Positions 53,121-64,000 of a stretch of DNA of 64,000 bases are shown here, piece after piece (position 1 is the stretch's first letter; each line of letters starts with the position of its first letter). The stretch is from Yuukianura sp. NJ FZ-2021 (Eukaryota). The stretch covers positions 1,984,001 to 2,048,000 of the forward strand of contig CM102287.1 of the NCBI GenBank assembly GCA_046563655.1, given 5' to 3'. Both the position numbers and the translations under genes were made by a program. The notes below the pieces were generated by a model, which had not been told where the DNA came from, ran no database searches, and was given only the letters and a program-made list of their open reading frames with translations.

Positions 53121-56100
53121 TCAGCGCTTTTTAGGTTTTGTAAGGCGAAAAATGAGTGACAGAGCTTTTGTACGTGCCGCGCGCATGGGTTGAGCAGAAA
53201 TCGCGGGATTTACGCTGGCAGGGGCGCAAATTACGGGGTTTTCGCTCGCAACAGGGAGCAGGGAATCCTGTGCGGGTAAAACTGGTGGAACTGGGATTTC
53301 TGGGGCGGGGCTTTCTGGAGGAGCATTTTCGCCAACATTTTGGGGGTCAAAATTCGGGGTTAACTCGGGAAGCGTAAAAGGGCTAATTTCGGGAACTTCA
53401 GGGGGCAAACTCGGAATTTCAAGGGGAATCGGATCGGGGGTAATTTCTGGAGCCTGTAACGACTGAGGGGGTTCAGAATCATCGTCAGACGACTCACGGG
53501 AACTACTGTCAAAATCGGAAACATCGTAAAGACGCTGGTGGTAAGGTTTTAATGGTTGAACGTTAACGACTGTCTCGTGAGGCTTTCGAGGGGGGATCGA
53601 AGATACACGAACAGTTCCATTGGCAAAGACGTCAATGACCTTGTAAGGGCCAATCCATTTCTTGGTGAATTTTCCAACGTGACCTTTTTTCCTCTGAAAG
53701 TTCCGGAGTAGAACTTTCATACCAGCAACGTAGGTGGGGAATCTGATCTGCATTTGAGCTTTTACTCGTAAGAGCTGTTGCTCACGAGACAACTCATGGG
53801 CTACGTTGTTGGCGACGAATAATCTGTCAAAAGAATCATTAGGGGTCAAATAATCTTGGGGAAGGGGAAATAACTTATCTACCGGCAAAACCGGCTCCCG
53901 ACCAAAGACAAGAAAATATGGGGAGAAATTAGTTACCCGATGTACAGAACAATTTACGGAGAAAACTGCTTTGGGAAGGTGGATATCCCAATCTTTATGG
54001 TTTTCACTTACAAATTTTGCGATGACTGATTTTACCGTTCCGTTATGTCTCTCACAGACACCGTTTGACTTGGGATTATAGGCAGTCGTTGAGCGGTGGT
54101 CAATGGAATGGAGGGCAAGGAAATCCTCAAACTCTTCGGACTGGAAAACCGTACCACGGTCTGACAAAATCATCTTGGGAATCCCATGACGATATAAGAC
54201 GTGTTTGGTAAGGACTTTGATCGCTTGAGCAGAATCTGCTGAGGGAACGGGCCAAGCTTCAACGTAGCGGGTATGGAGATCCACTATGGTCAAAATGTAG
54301 GTATTTCTTCTTGCTGTGATGGGAAATGGGCCAAGATAGTCCACAGCAAGTGCGTTGAAGGGAATGGCGGGAACGTCAAGGCCAACGCTATTGGGGGGAA
54401 GAGCGAAGTTCCGTCGATTATGTACTTGACACAAGTGACAAGAGGTGACAAATTTGACTAAGTCACGGTACATCCGGGGCCAGTAAAACCGGGAACGAAG
54501 GAGATGCCAGGATTTGTGTAGACCAAGGTGACTAAGGGAGTCATTGTGGACGGATTCCATCGAGGATTTTCTAAGGGACTTGGGGAGACAAAGACGCCAA
54601 AGGTTACCAAATTCAGAGTAGTTCATTTTGTACAAAACTCCATCACGCAGACTAAATTCGCTCACTTTTTTCGGTTCCGCTAAGGAATGGGGTTTACCTA
54701 GCTGCTCTGCTTTTAAGTACTCAATTACGGGTAGCCATTCTGGCTCTTTAAGTTGGAGATCCTTTAACTTTGACTCACGAACTTTTCGGGGAGCTTCAGG
54801 GGAAACCGCTAAGGCCAGAAGATGATGTTCAATGGCCAAATGGTCTGTGTCAGAAGGGGCGGGGTCAACGGGGTTTCGGGATAGCGGGTCCGCATCCGTG
54901 TGGATACGGCCACTCTTGTGGACAACTGTAAAGTCGTAGGGCTGGAGGGCTAGTGACCAACGGGAAATTTGGCCATAGGGGTCCTTGAATTTTAGCATGT
55001 CACAGAGGGAATGGTGGTCTGTGACAACTTTAAAATGACGCCCGTATAAATACGGACGAAATTTCTCGACAGCCCAAACAAACGCTTTCATTTCCAATTG
55101 GGGGGTTCCAAACTTTCACTCGGAGGGGGACAGACCTCGCGAAGCAAAAGCTACAACTCTCTCTACACCATCTTGGATTTGACAAAGCGTTGCTCCGAAA
55201 CCAAGTCCAGACGCATCACAATGGACGGACGTCTCTGCTTCTTCGTCGGGAAACGCTAGGACTGGGGGGGAAGTCAACTTGTCTTTTAAGGTTTGGAACG
55301 CTGTCTCGGCTTCAGGGGTCCAGGAAAATGGGGTACCACGTTTGTAGCTATTATAAGGTGTAGGGGACGGGCGATCTCGGCGAAACCTTTAATAAATCGT
55401 CGGTAGTAACTGCAAAGACCAACAAAGGAACGGACATTTTTAACAGTCGTGGGGGTGGGGAAATCACGAACTGTTTGGGTTTTCTGGGGATCAACTGCAA
55501 TTCCTTCCCGGGAGACAATGTGACCAAGGAATTTCAAAGAATCTTCGGCAAAGTAACACTTTTTGGGTTTTAAACTGAGACCAGCTTTACGGAGAGCACA
55601 GAAAATCTGCGCCAAATGGTCCAAGTGTTCGTCAAAGGAACGGGAGTAACAAACGACATCGTCTAAGTAAACGAGTGCTATGGACCATTTTATACGACCA
55701 AGGACATTATCAATAAGACGCTGCCAAGTCGCTGGGGCATTGGTTAATCCAAAGGGCATCACGACGAATTCGTACTGTCCATCGGGGGTTACAAAGCTGG
55801 TTTTCTCTCTGTCCTCGGGTTCCACCTCCACTTGATAGTACGCCTTTTCACAATCCATGGAGGAAAAGTACTTGGCACTTTTAAACGATCCAGGGTGTCG
55901 TCGATTCGGGGAAGGGGATAGGAATCCTTTCTTGTCACTGCGTTGACTTTACGAAAGTCAACGCAAAACCGCCAACTTTCGTCGGGCTTTTTAACAAGAA
56001 GGACTGGGGAACACCAAGGGCTATCGCTGGGGGTTATCGCCTTAAGATCCAAAAGACGCTCGACTTGGTTTTGGATTTCTCTCCGCTCGGTGAATCCGGT

Positions 56101-58149
56101 TCTATGGGGGTGGGAGGCTATCGGTTTCGCAGTTCCTGTGTCAATTTTGTGGGTCGTTAAATGAGTACGGCCAAGAGTTGCTGGATCAAAATTAAAAACA
56201 TCCAAATTTGATACAAGAAAATCCTGCATCTTTTGGCGCTGTTCAGGGGTTAGGGACTGGGAGATTTTAAACGCCTCAATCCTCTTTTGCAGTTTCAGAG
56301 ACGCAATGTCATCATCATCATCGACTGCAAGTCCGAGGATTTCGTGCGCTGGGAGGGAGGAATGGGACAATTTGGAGCTCACATGACCGAATTCGTCTAA
56401 GTCACAGAGTACTGAGGACTCTGCGAAGGGTTCGAAGGTGCATATGGAGATGTTTTGCAGAAGTTTAACTGGCCGGTCTCCCAAATTCCACAAGAAAGTA
56501 ACTCCAGCGCCATCCTTGAGGGTAGAAATAAAATTTCCAATGGCGATATGTTTTGCATACTGGAGCTCCTGACGAGGGGAAACAAGAACATCCCCGGTGA
56601 AAGGGAGATCTGTCTTGACGCTTACGCGTTTCATAGTTCTTGGGTTGATGATGATGGACCTGACCAGACGTAGGCACGGAGGGGGCGAAGATTTTTGTGA
56701 CAAATTCGAGTTACTGACGAAGGAAACTTCAGAGTCAAGTAACGAAGGGGATTTAGGAGAATCAGACGAATTCTGGGTCATGTCATGTACTAGTTTAGGG
56801 GGATTGGCCGTACATGGGGGATTTGACACAGGTTCTGGATCCGACGCAATCTGGAAGCTGGGGGTATCTGAAACTTGTTCAGTTTCAGACAATGTTAATT
56901 TGTTTAGAACAGGGACTTGGGATTTGGGTACACAGACATACTCATTTCTGAGGTCTGTGCAGGGGAGTTCACCTTTTACAAGGCGCTCGTTAGCGGGATC
57001 CAAGAGAAAATGTTCTGAACGGAGAAAGTCAGAACCCAAAACGATTTCATTTGAAAGGTGCTGGAAAATATAGAATGGGTACTGGAAAGGGACGCCGTCA
57101 ATGGAAAAAGAAATCATTGTAGTTTGGGGGGAATTACAACGGACGTACGAACCAAAGGACAGTTTCACACGAACGGGTTCCACATCAACCGCTTGGGACA
57201 CGATATTGAGGAATTTTCGGAGAAATTCGGGGTGGACACAACATAGGGAAGCACCTGTGTCACACAGGACTCGGAGGGTTTGGGTACCGAAGACTACATC
57301 AGTGTGGAACGTAGAATGTTGGGTAGAATGAATTTGGGACATGAATTTAGCCACAGAAATTCCCATAGGAAATTCGGACTCTGCGAATGGGGAATTAATT
57401 TGGGACTCTTCAACGGGGGTTGTATCTGGGGTACTGGAATTTGCAGCTAGGATCTCTGGGGAACTATTAACCCAGTCAGCAGTTCTGCCTTGGATCGAGG
57501 GGGGATTTCCAAATTTTGAAGTGAGCGAAACAGCTATAGGATCTGGAGCAAAACGAACAATTTCGTCTTTGGGATCAGTTTTGGGATCATAGGGCCAATG
57601 AGCAGGGGGACCAACACAAACAGAAGCAGCTTTTGGAGCGGGAACGGAGCTTTGAGCAAACATTTTCGGATCAGTAGCGTCAGTTTTCGGATCTGGAACA
57701 CAAATAGGAGCAAGATTAGAACTAGGATCAATTTTAGGAGCCGACTTAGGAGCAAAATTAATTTTAGGATCAGTTTTCGGAGCAAAATTAGGATCAGAAT
57801 TAGGAACTATTGGAGCGTCAGAACAAGGAATGGGTAACTTGGTTGTAAGGTTCCCAGCGATCAAAGTTGAAGTAGGGCTGGAGTTACAACATTGGGAACA
57901 TTTCTGCTGTTGGACAAAAAGTGTTTGCAATTTGGTAAAGAACTCTTCTAGGGGGAATGGACTTTGAAATTGGGGCTTCCTGCCAAAAGCCTTTAAATTT
58001 CTGTGGGTTTGGAAAGATGGGGACTTAGTTTTTCGTGTTTTGGAACGTTTGGGATAAGCCCTTATAGGGACTGGGACCAAATTTTTAGGGACAGAAGTTG
58101 GAGTGGGTAGAGGCTGTCGTCCCTGCAACGGCAGCTCTACTGGTTTTCC
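53121..58149 (-). pseudogene. pol: Gypsy pol (protease, RT, RNase H, integrase) with frameshifts near 55880 and 55350 and a TGA at 55116-55118
   Basis: LCDTGAS; SPWCSP, RFCVDFRKVN, MPFGLTNAP, YLDD; HCDAS, TDHHSL, DADPLSR; integrase HHCC, VDYLGP, SDRG, ERHN, GPYKV. Confidence 0.95.
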
Positions 58150-59459
58150 GGAGGCGGTGTTGGTTTAGGAAGGACGGCTGCAGCGATGTTCTGGAGAAGA
58201 TCCGTCATTGTTCCGAAAGCAGTCATCATCGTCTTGGTCCAATCAGCATCCGGACGAGGAACATTTTGAGACTGTGCTGGTGGATTGGGACTGGTCTGCA
58301 AGGGGCGAGTGTCAACATTTGGGTAGGGACGTTGAACAGCATGGCTATAATAGCCTTGCTGCTGGGGGGGTACAGGCTGGGGGGGATGGTCTGCTGGTAG
58401 TGCACGCTGAGGGCCATTGTTACCTGGGAGCCGCCAAGTAGGGGTACGACAGTGTTTCATAATGTGCCCACTCCGGTTACAGCGATTGCAAATCGGTCGT
58501 CCTTCAGCATCTCGATTGTTAATGACCCGCGTTCTCTGTTGAGCAGGTTGAGCAGGAACTTGGGGGGTAACAGGAACGTTTGTAATTTGTTGGTTCTGGG
58601 TAGGGGACGACTGAGGGAACTGCATTGGGGGGTTAGGGGCAGCTGCCATTTCAAAAGCCTGCATAGAGACTACAGGGGAAGAGCCATCTTTGGGACGGGT
58701 ATGGACTTCTGCAACTCGTCGTAGAATTTTCTGAAAGTCGGAGGGGGTTTGAATGTTCAGCATAACAAATCCTTTTTCAAGGTCTGCTGGGAGTCCACGA
58801 ATGAGATATTCAACCTTTCGGCTGTCACTCATTTTGGGATCCAAACGAGACAAAATAACAATTTTGTCCGCTACGTATTTGTCAATACAGTCACCCAATT
58901 TGTAACGTAGGGACTTATTCTGGGCTCTGAAGTCATCCCGTCGCTCTTTAAGGGAAAAGTGGGAAATGAACTGAGTTTCGAATTCAGTCCAGACAGCATC
59001 AGGATCTTTAGTGGGATCTTCCAGTTGTTCTCGAAAGTGGGGCCAAATTGAGATGAACCAAGAGCTAGCGACTCCAGTCAAAACTCTGTCGAAGTGGCTC
59101 AATGCTCCGTATGATCCGAATCCAGTTCCTCTCAAATCGTATTCGTAGCATGCAAGGAATTCTGCAGGGTCACTCGTTCCATCGTACTTCCGGATATGCT
59201 TGAAAATTTTAATGTCCTGGGTACATGGGAAGGGGGCATTGGGAGCCATATTGGCTTGTGTACCATCGCTGTACACAGAACCAGGAGTAGCTGGTTGCTG
59301 CGGATTGTTAGGGACTGGAGGGGGCATGGCGAAAGTAGGATGGTAATTTTGTTGGGCTGGTTGCATTGGGATTGTGGACTGGGATGGGGAAGGGCCTTGT
59401 TGTTGCGGTTGACCTTGTACTGGAGGGGAAGATCTGGGTCTCGCAAAATATGTCAACAT
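58137..59459 (-). CDS. gag: Gypsy Gag with CCHC zinc knuckle, 440 aa
   Basis: YDGTSDPAEFL capsid-type motif; CNRCNRSGHIMKHC knuckle; lies directly upstream of pol. Confidence 0.9.
   Translation of the reverse strand: MLTYFARPRSSPPVQGQPQQQGPSPSQSTIPMQPAQQNYHPTFAMPPPVPNNPQQPATPGSVYSDGTQANMAPNAPFPCTQDIKIFKHIRKYDGTSDPAEFLACYEYDLRGTGFGSYGALSHFDRVLTGVASSWFISIWPHFREQLEDPTKDPDAVWTEFETQFISHFSLKERRDDFRAQNKSLRYKLGDCIDKYVADKIVILSRLDPKMSDSRKVEYLIRGLPADLEKGFVMLNIQTPSDFQKILRRVAEVHTRPKDGSSPVVSMQAFEMAAAPNPPMQFPQSSPTQNQQITNVPVTPQVPAQPAQQRTRVINNRDAEGRPICNRCNRSGHIMKHCRTPTWRLPGNNGPQRALPADHPPQPVPPQQQGYYSHAVQRPYPNVDTRPLQTSPNPPAQSQNVPRPDADWTKTMMTAFGTMTDLLQNIAAAVLPKPTPPPENQ
58143..58149 (-). promoter_or_regulatory. 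Putative -1 ribosomal frameshift heptamer G GAA AAC at the gag/pol overlap
   Basis: Lies one codon before the gag TAG; the pol frame (GGA AAA CCA GTA GAG CTG CCG TTG) is -1 relative to gag. Confidence 0.6.
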
Positions 59460-59471
59460 TGGGGAATCTCC

Positions 59472-59885
59472 TTAGTATCTTCGTTCTTGCAGACGGGGAT
59501 TCTCGTATTCAAAGACAAGCCAGCCTTGGGTACTTGCGTAGTATTTGAAACACCAGCGGTAAATGGGACTGAAGAAGCTCCAATGATAGTACAAGAGTCT
59601 AACCAGAAGAGCTAGACAGTAGTACGTTTCAGTTCCGACAAGGACTCCAAGCAGTTCTGCGTAGGCTCGGGGATTACGTCTTAGGTAGAGAACTGGGGCA
59701 ACGTGTAGGGCCAGAAAATCAACAAAGACAGAAAAAGTCGATGCTACACAGGACTGGGTAATTTCTGCAACCAGTAGGGAGAATAGGTACAGGACTTCGG
59801 TTAGGAACAGGATTAAACAGCTTGCAAAAAATAAAGCTGTTGCAGCAATTAGAATAGTTCGGATTAGGGGCCAAGCGATCCACAT
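59472..59885 (-). CDS. Hydrophobic 137-aa ORF upstream of and in frame with gag (putative membrane protein)
   Basis: ATG start; long apolar segments (ILIAATALFFASCLILFL; YYCLALLVRLLYY); separated from the gag ATG by TAA plus 4 codons. Confidence 0.4.
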   Translation of the reverse strand: MWIAWPLIRTILIAATALFFASCLILFLTEVLYLFSLLVAEITQSCVASTFSVFVDFLALHVAPVLYLRRNPRAYAELLGVLVGTETYYCLALLVRLLYYHWSFFSPIYRWCFKYYASTQGWLVFEYENPRLQERRY

Positions 59886-61202
59886 TTGCAGTGGGTTTCA
59901 CTAATACCGCAAGCGCTTTTCAGCGTTTGGGCTTATTGGAGGAAATTGACAAGGATGGAAATCAGAAAGAATAGGGTTAGGTACTGGACAACAACTGCAA
60001 TAACTGCTATGAGTATGATCAGAACGATGGCAATGAAGGGGTGGGACATCTCTCGGGTCAGTTCAGGGACTTTCTAGAATACTTAAGAAATTGAATTATT
60101 TAAACAAATACTTTAAGAATTATAAATAGTTTGAACTTACTACTACAAAAAAAGGAATACAAAATTCAAAAAAATGTAGGGGGTACTTTAGAAGCTGCTG
60201 TTTAGGGCTATGGTTTCAAAACAAAACCAAAATCCACCAAACAGAACTTAAAATCGAAGAAAGAATAGAACAATAAACAAAAAGATAACGAGCTGAAGTG
60301 ACGGAGCAGCCAAGCCAAACCAAACTACAAAACCGTAGAGCCACAAAGTTAATTCAAAAATTGACATTTCTGAATTTCTTGAACCACATTGGAAGGAATA
60401 GGATTTTAGGTACTTGGGTAACTTCAGTAGGATTGGATGCGATTGAAATTCGCAAGTGCGGGAAAATCTGACAAGTCCGAGGTTTAGGTACACCTCAAGT
60501 TAACATACTATTTCTAGTAACTTTTAGGAAAGTTCAAAGTTTTCAGAAATTTGGGCAGGGGTTTGGGGTAGCAAAACAACTTCTGTTTTCGAAAAGTGGA
60601 CAAAAATCTTTAATTTGAATTAATTAGGACGAGAACGCAACGTATTTTAGGATTTGGGAACAATTTGAGCCAGTTTCTGAAAAATCCGACTAATCAGGGG
60701 AAAGGTGGGGTCTGCGTACGGTTGTAAAAACCAAAATTTCGAAAAACTTTCAATTTAAGGGACAGGGGCTATAACTTTTGGAAAAAGGGGCTAGATGGAT
60801 GGGGATTAGGAGCTGTGTTAGCTGGGGAGCTGTTTTTAGGTAGCTGGGGCGCTGCGCTATCTTTAAACAAAACTCGAATTTTGAAAAAAAACGCTTATTT
60901 TGAAAAAAACGCTAAGTTTTTGAAAATTTAAAAAATTTTGACAGGGGGACGGGGTATTTTTACAAAAAGTTGCTGGGGGGGACACGTTTGCTCAAAAAAA
61001 AACAAAACAAAACGCGCAAAAGAAAAGAAGGAAACGCTGACCTCGATGTGACCTTGCCTCAAAGGTCAACTTGCTCTCGGTTGGAGGCTGTTGATGATGA
61101 AGATGACGTGGCGAAGATGATGTGGAGCGTCAAGAGGAGTGGAGCGTGGAAGGGTGTGGAGCGTGGAATTCGGCTAACGGTTACTTTGGCTGAAGATGTG
61201 GT

Positions 61203-61330
61203 GTGACAAAGGAGGTATTCGGGGCTATGTTGGATCACAATTTTGTAATCCGAAAATTTAAGTGCGATCACCACATAAAGTGCCTAGAACTCAATTTTTG
61301 GTGAAAAAATTCAATTTTTTCACCAAAAAG
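61203..61330. repeat. 128-bp satellite monomer
   Basis: Matches the consensus; same variant as 44131-44278. Confidence 0.95.
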
Positions 61331-62368
61331 CAGTGTTCCGAGGTGCTTTAAAGCAGATGCTTTTTTTGCTTGCTTTTTTTGCTTTTAAAGCAAAACCAGC
61401 AAGCATGCGCTTTCGAGTTTGCTTTTTTTAAATTTTGCTGTTTTTGTTTATGAAAAAAACAGAGTGGAAGAGGCAACGCGCAGCTTTAAGGACTCGTGGG
61501 AACTTATAAATCCACTCAGATTGTCAAAACTAAAGTCAAATTCGGTTTATTAACTGTTACAACTTAAACCTAAAAGACAAACCGATGATAGCTTATGGAC
61601 ATTACACTTATGGACGGAGACTTTTGAATATTCTTATGCGGGTTTAAGTTCTCTCTGTCCATCGGTGTGACGTCCATAGGAATAGTGACCCATAAGTTAT
61701 TAGGTTAGGAACCTAACCGTATAAGAGTTAGCAAATTCCCTTTCTTCAGTTTCTGTTGGCACTGGCACAGCTAAAGCTGGCACTGGCACAACAGAAAAGA
61801 AAATTGAGGCGCCACTGGACAATTCATTCGGACTGTTACGAAAGTTAAGTAAATTTCCATTCCTGTCGTGCCAGTGCCAGCTTTCGCTGTGCCAGTGTCG
61901 ACAGGAACTAGAAATGGCAATATATACAGCGGTCGCAGATTGGCAGGACACATAACAATTGGGACTTATAGAAAGCGCACTGGCAAATTGACATGACACA
62001 CCTACTCGTCGACTTTTATCGAAATCAGACATAAACTCTTGTCCTCACCAAACCTTGTTTCTTTGGGCTTCGTTTCTTGCGTCCCAATTCTCACTTTCAC
62101 TTTGACCTGTACACAATTACATTTATAATTTAAAGTGAAAGTGTTTAAAAGGGAGCTTAACTTACAACAAGTGCAAGAAAGAAGAACATTTTCTTCTTTC
62201 TTTCCCTTTTCTTGTACTTTAGTACTTTACCTTTCACCTCCATCCGGTCCCTCCCATTAACAGCAACTTTTTTGCTTTTAAAGCAATAAAAGCAAAAACA
62301 GCAAAAAAAGCTATTTACAGCAAAAAGCAAAGCATCGACCTTTAAAAAGCGCGTTTTACGGAACACTG
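61331..62368. mobile_element. hAT-type MITE, copy 2 (uninterrupted, 1038 bp)
   Basis: TIRs CAGTGTTCCG / CGGAACACTG; TSD CCAAAAAG (61323-61330, 62369-62376). Confidence 0.9.
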
Positions 62369-62920
62369 CCAAAAAGTGACAAAGAAGTCATTCTGGGCTA
62401 TGTTGGATCACAATATTGCAATCCGAAAATTTAAGTCCGATCACCATATAAAGTGCCTAGAACTCAATTTTTAGGGAAAAATTCAATTTTGTCACCAAAA
62501 AGTGACAAAGGAGTCATTCTGGGCTATGGTGGATAACAATTTTGCAATCCGAAAATTTAAGTCCGATCACCACATAAAGTGCCTAGAACTCAATTTTTGG
62601 TGAAAAAATTCAATTTTTTTGCAAAAAAAAGTGACAAAGAAGTCATTCTGGGTTATGTTGGATCACAATTTTGCAATCCGAAAATTTAAGTCCGATCACC
62701 ACATAAAGTGCCTAGAACTCAATTTTTGGTGAAAAAATTCAATTTTTTCGCAAAAAAAGTGACAAAGGAGTCATTCTGGGCTATGGTGGATCACAATATT
62801 GCAATCCGAAAATTTAAGTCCGATCACCACATAAAGTGCCTAGAACTCAATTTTTGCTGAAAAAATTCAATTTTTTCGCAAAAAATTCAATTTTTTCGCA
62901 AAAATAGTGACAAAGGAGTC
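62369..62920. repeat. 128-bp satellite (about 4 monomers)
   Basis: Matches the satellite consensus. Confidence 0.95.
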
Positions 62921-64000
62921 CCCGGTAAACACGAGCGTAACGGCAATGTGAATAAACGGTAGCTCAAAAGTAGTCACGGCTTGGTTCATAAACGCCCCAT
63001 TCTACGGTGCACAAATCGTGCGCCTGTTTTGCGCGTTGAAACTGTGCACTTTTTCCAGGCACAAAAGCAACTAATTTTCCCTTATGATATATGTACACAA
63101 AATGCATTGCCTGTCAATCTGCCCTACGTATGACTCCAGCACCAAAAATGCACAATAAACAAAACCACAATACACATACATTTTATGATAATTTTATTTA
63201 ATTTAATTTTTAATACCTAGATATAATAGCAACAAAAGTGTACTTAGCATTTCCTAAACGTTACTCTAGTTAATTAGATTGCGTAATTAGGTACAAAGAG
63301 GAAAAAACACATGAATTGGGACAAACGAATTGATGGATTTTAGGATACAGTTGGAATTAGAGCCGGAAATCACTCTGGTACAGTCAATTCCACAACTTCA
63401 CCGATTGATGTTGCCGACCGATGCTCTTGTTCTGGGTCACTCCTTTCCAATTGGAGTGTGCTGCTGGATCTCAATTCCTCAGATCGATTGTAGGCATTTT
63501 CGTAGAGTTCTGGAAATGATAAGAAGCGATTCATATCAATAAGCACCTTTAGATACAGGCACAGTGACCACAAGGAGTTGAGATATGAAAAAAGCTTACC
63601 GTATGATTTAATCAGTTTACATTCAACAACAATGAATGTTTCATCAGGGACGGAATTATGATCACTCTGGAGTTTAGACTTGTTTAGTTTTCTTTCCTCG
63701 CCAGTGACACTGTCCCCGACCACCTACTAACTAACCAAGTTGGTGGTATCGTTGCTCCTTTGCAAAATAAACTAATGCAAACTTTTTCATTTTAACTCGT
63801 TATTTTACCTCCACTGAATTGAAAACAAAAATGTCGTCAAAAAAACCGAAACAAAAGAAAAACAGGAGTAACGGTTGAGACTATGTTTTTGTGCCGAAAA
63901 AGGCATGACGTGAGAACCGAAACGATTTCGGTAACAAGCCGGTGCAAACTTTAACGGAACGGAGTGTACATCTAATGTCAGCACCGTTAACACACCCAAA
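62921..64000. mobile_element. Left end of a probable CMC/EnSpm-type DNA transposon (runs out of the window)
   Basis: Abrupt junction inside a satellite monomer starting CCCGGTAAACAC, resembling metazoan EnSpm termini; the other end is not visible. Confidence 0.4.
63370..63700 (-). pseudogene. Spliced coding fragment, possibly a transposon accessory gene (resembles the N-terminus of DUF4806-type proteins)
   Basis: A GTAAG...TTTCCAG 90-bp intron (63510-63599) joins PDETFIVVECKLIKSY to ELYENAYNRSEELRSSSTL; family resemblance is from memory only. Confidence 0.35.

Larger units (their letters stand above)
51247..61202 (-). mobile_element. Ty3/Gypsy LTR retrotransposon, degenerate, apparently lacking its 5' LTR
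   Basis: gag-PR-RT-RH-IN order; left end begins TG (CA on the coding strand) with AATAAA at ~51356-51361 on the - strand; no second LTR copy or TSD seen. Confidence 0.93.

Noticed and set aside
41924..62372. Numerous short ORFs in HINEs, MITEs, satellite and antisense to LINE/Gypsy genes
   Set aside because: Shadow or low-complexity frames without motifs; several cross element boundaries

Overview
Eukaryotic, probably invertebrate or arthropod, repeat-rich heterochromatic DNA with no ordinary host gene. Bases 1-34987 are a homogeneous tandem array of about 69 copies of a 508-bp unit. The 147-aa antisense ORF in each unit is most likely an artefact. Each unit splits into a polymorphic AT-rich half and a nearly invariant ~280-bp half. 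Folded by eye, the invariant half gives three consecutive ~65-70-nt G-U-containing hairpins on the + strand, with variation concentrated in loops and linkers. This is a candidate massively amplified microRNA polycistron of miR-430-like architecture, and one arm resembles miR-3/309. After a 100-N gap comes a ~128-bp A/T-tract satellite invaded by several elements. These are two head-to-head Helentron-type (HINE/DINE-1-like) elements, two copies of a hAT MITE duplicated with flanking satellite, and a full-length LINE nested in the first MITE. There is also a ~10-kb degenerate Ty3/Gypsy element with small hydrophobic ORFs upstream of gag and a spliced non-Env ORF3, plus the start of a probable CMC/EnSpm transposon.
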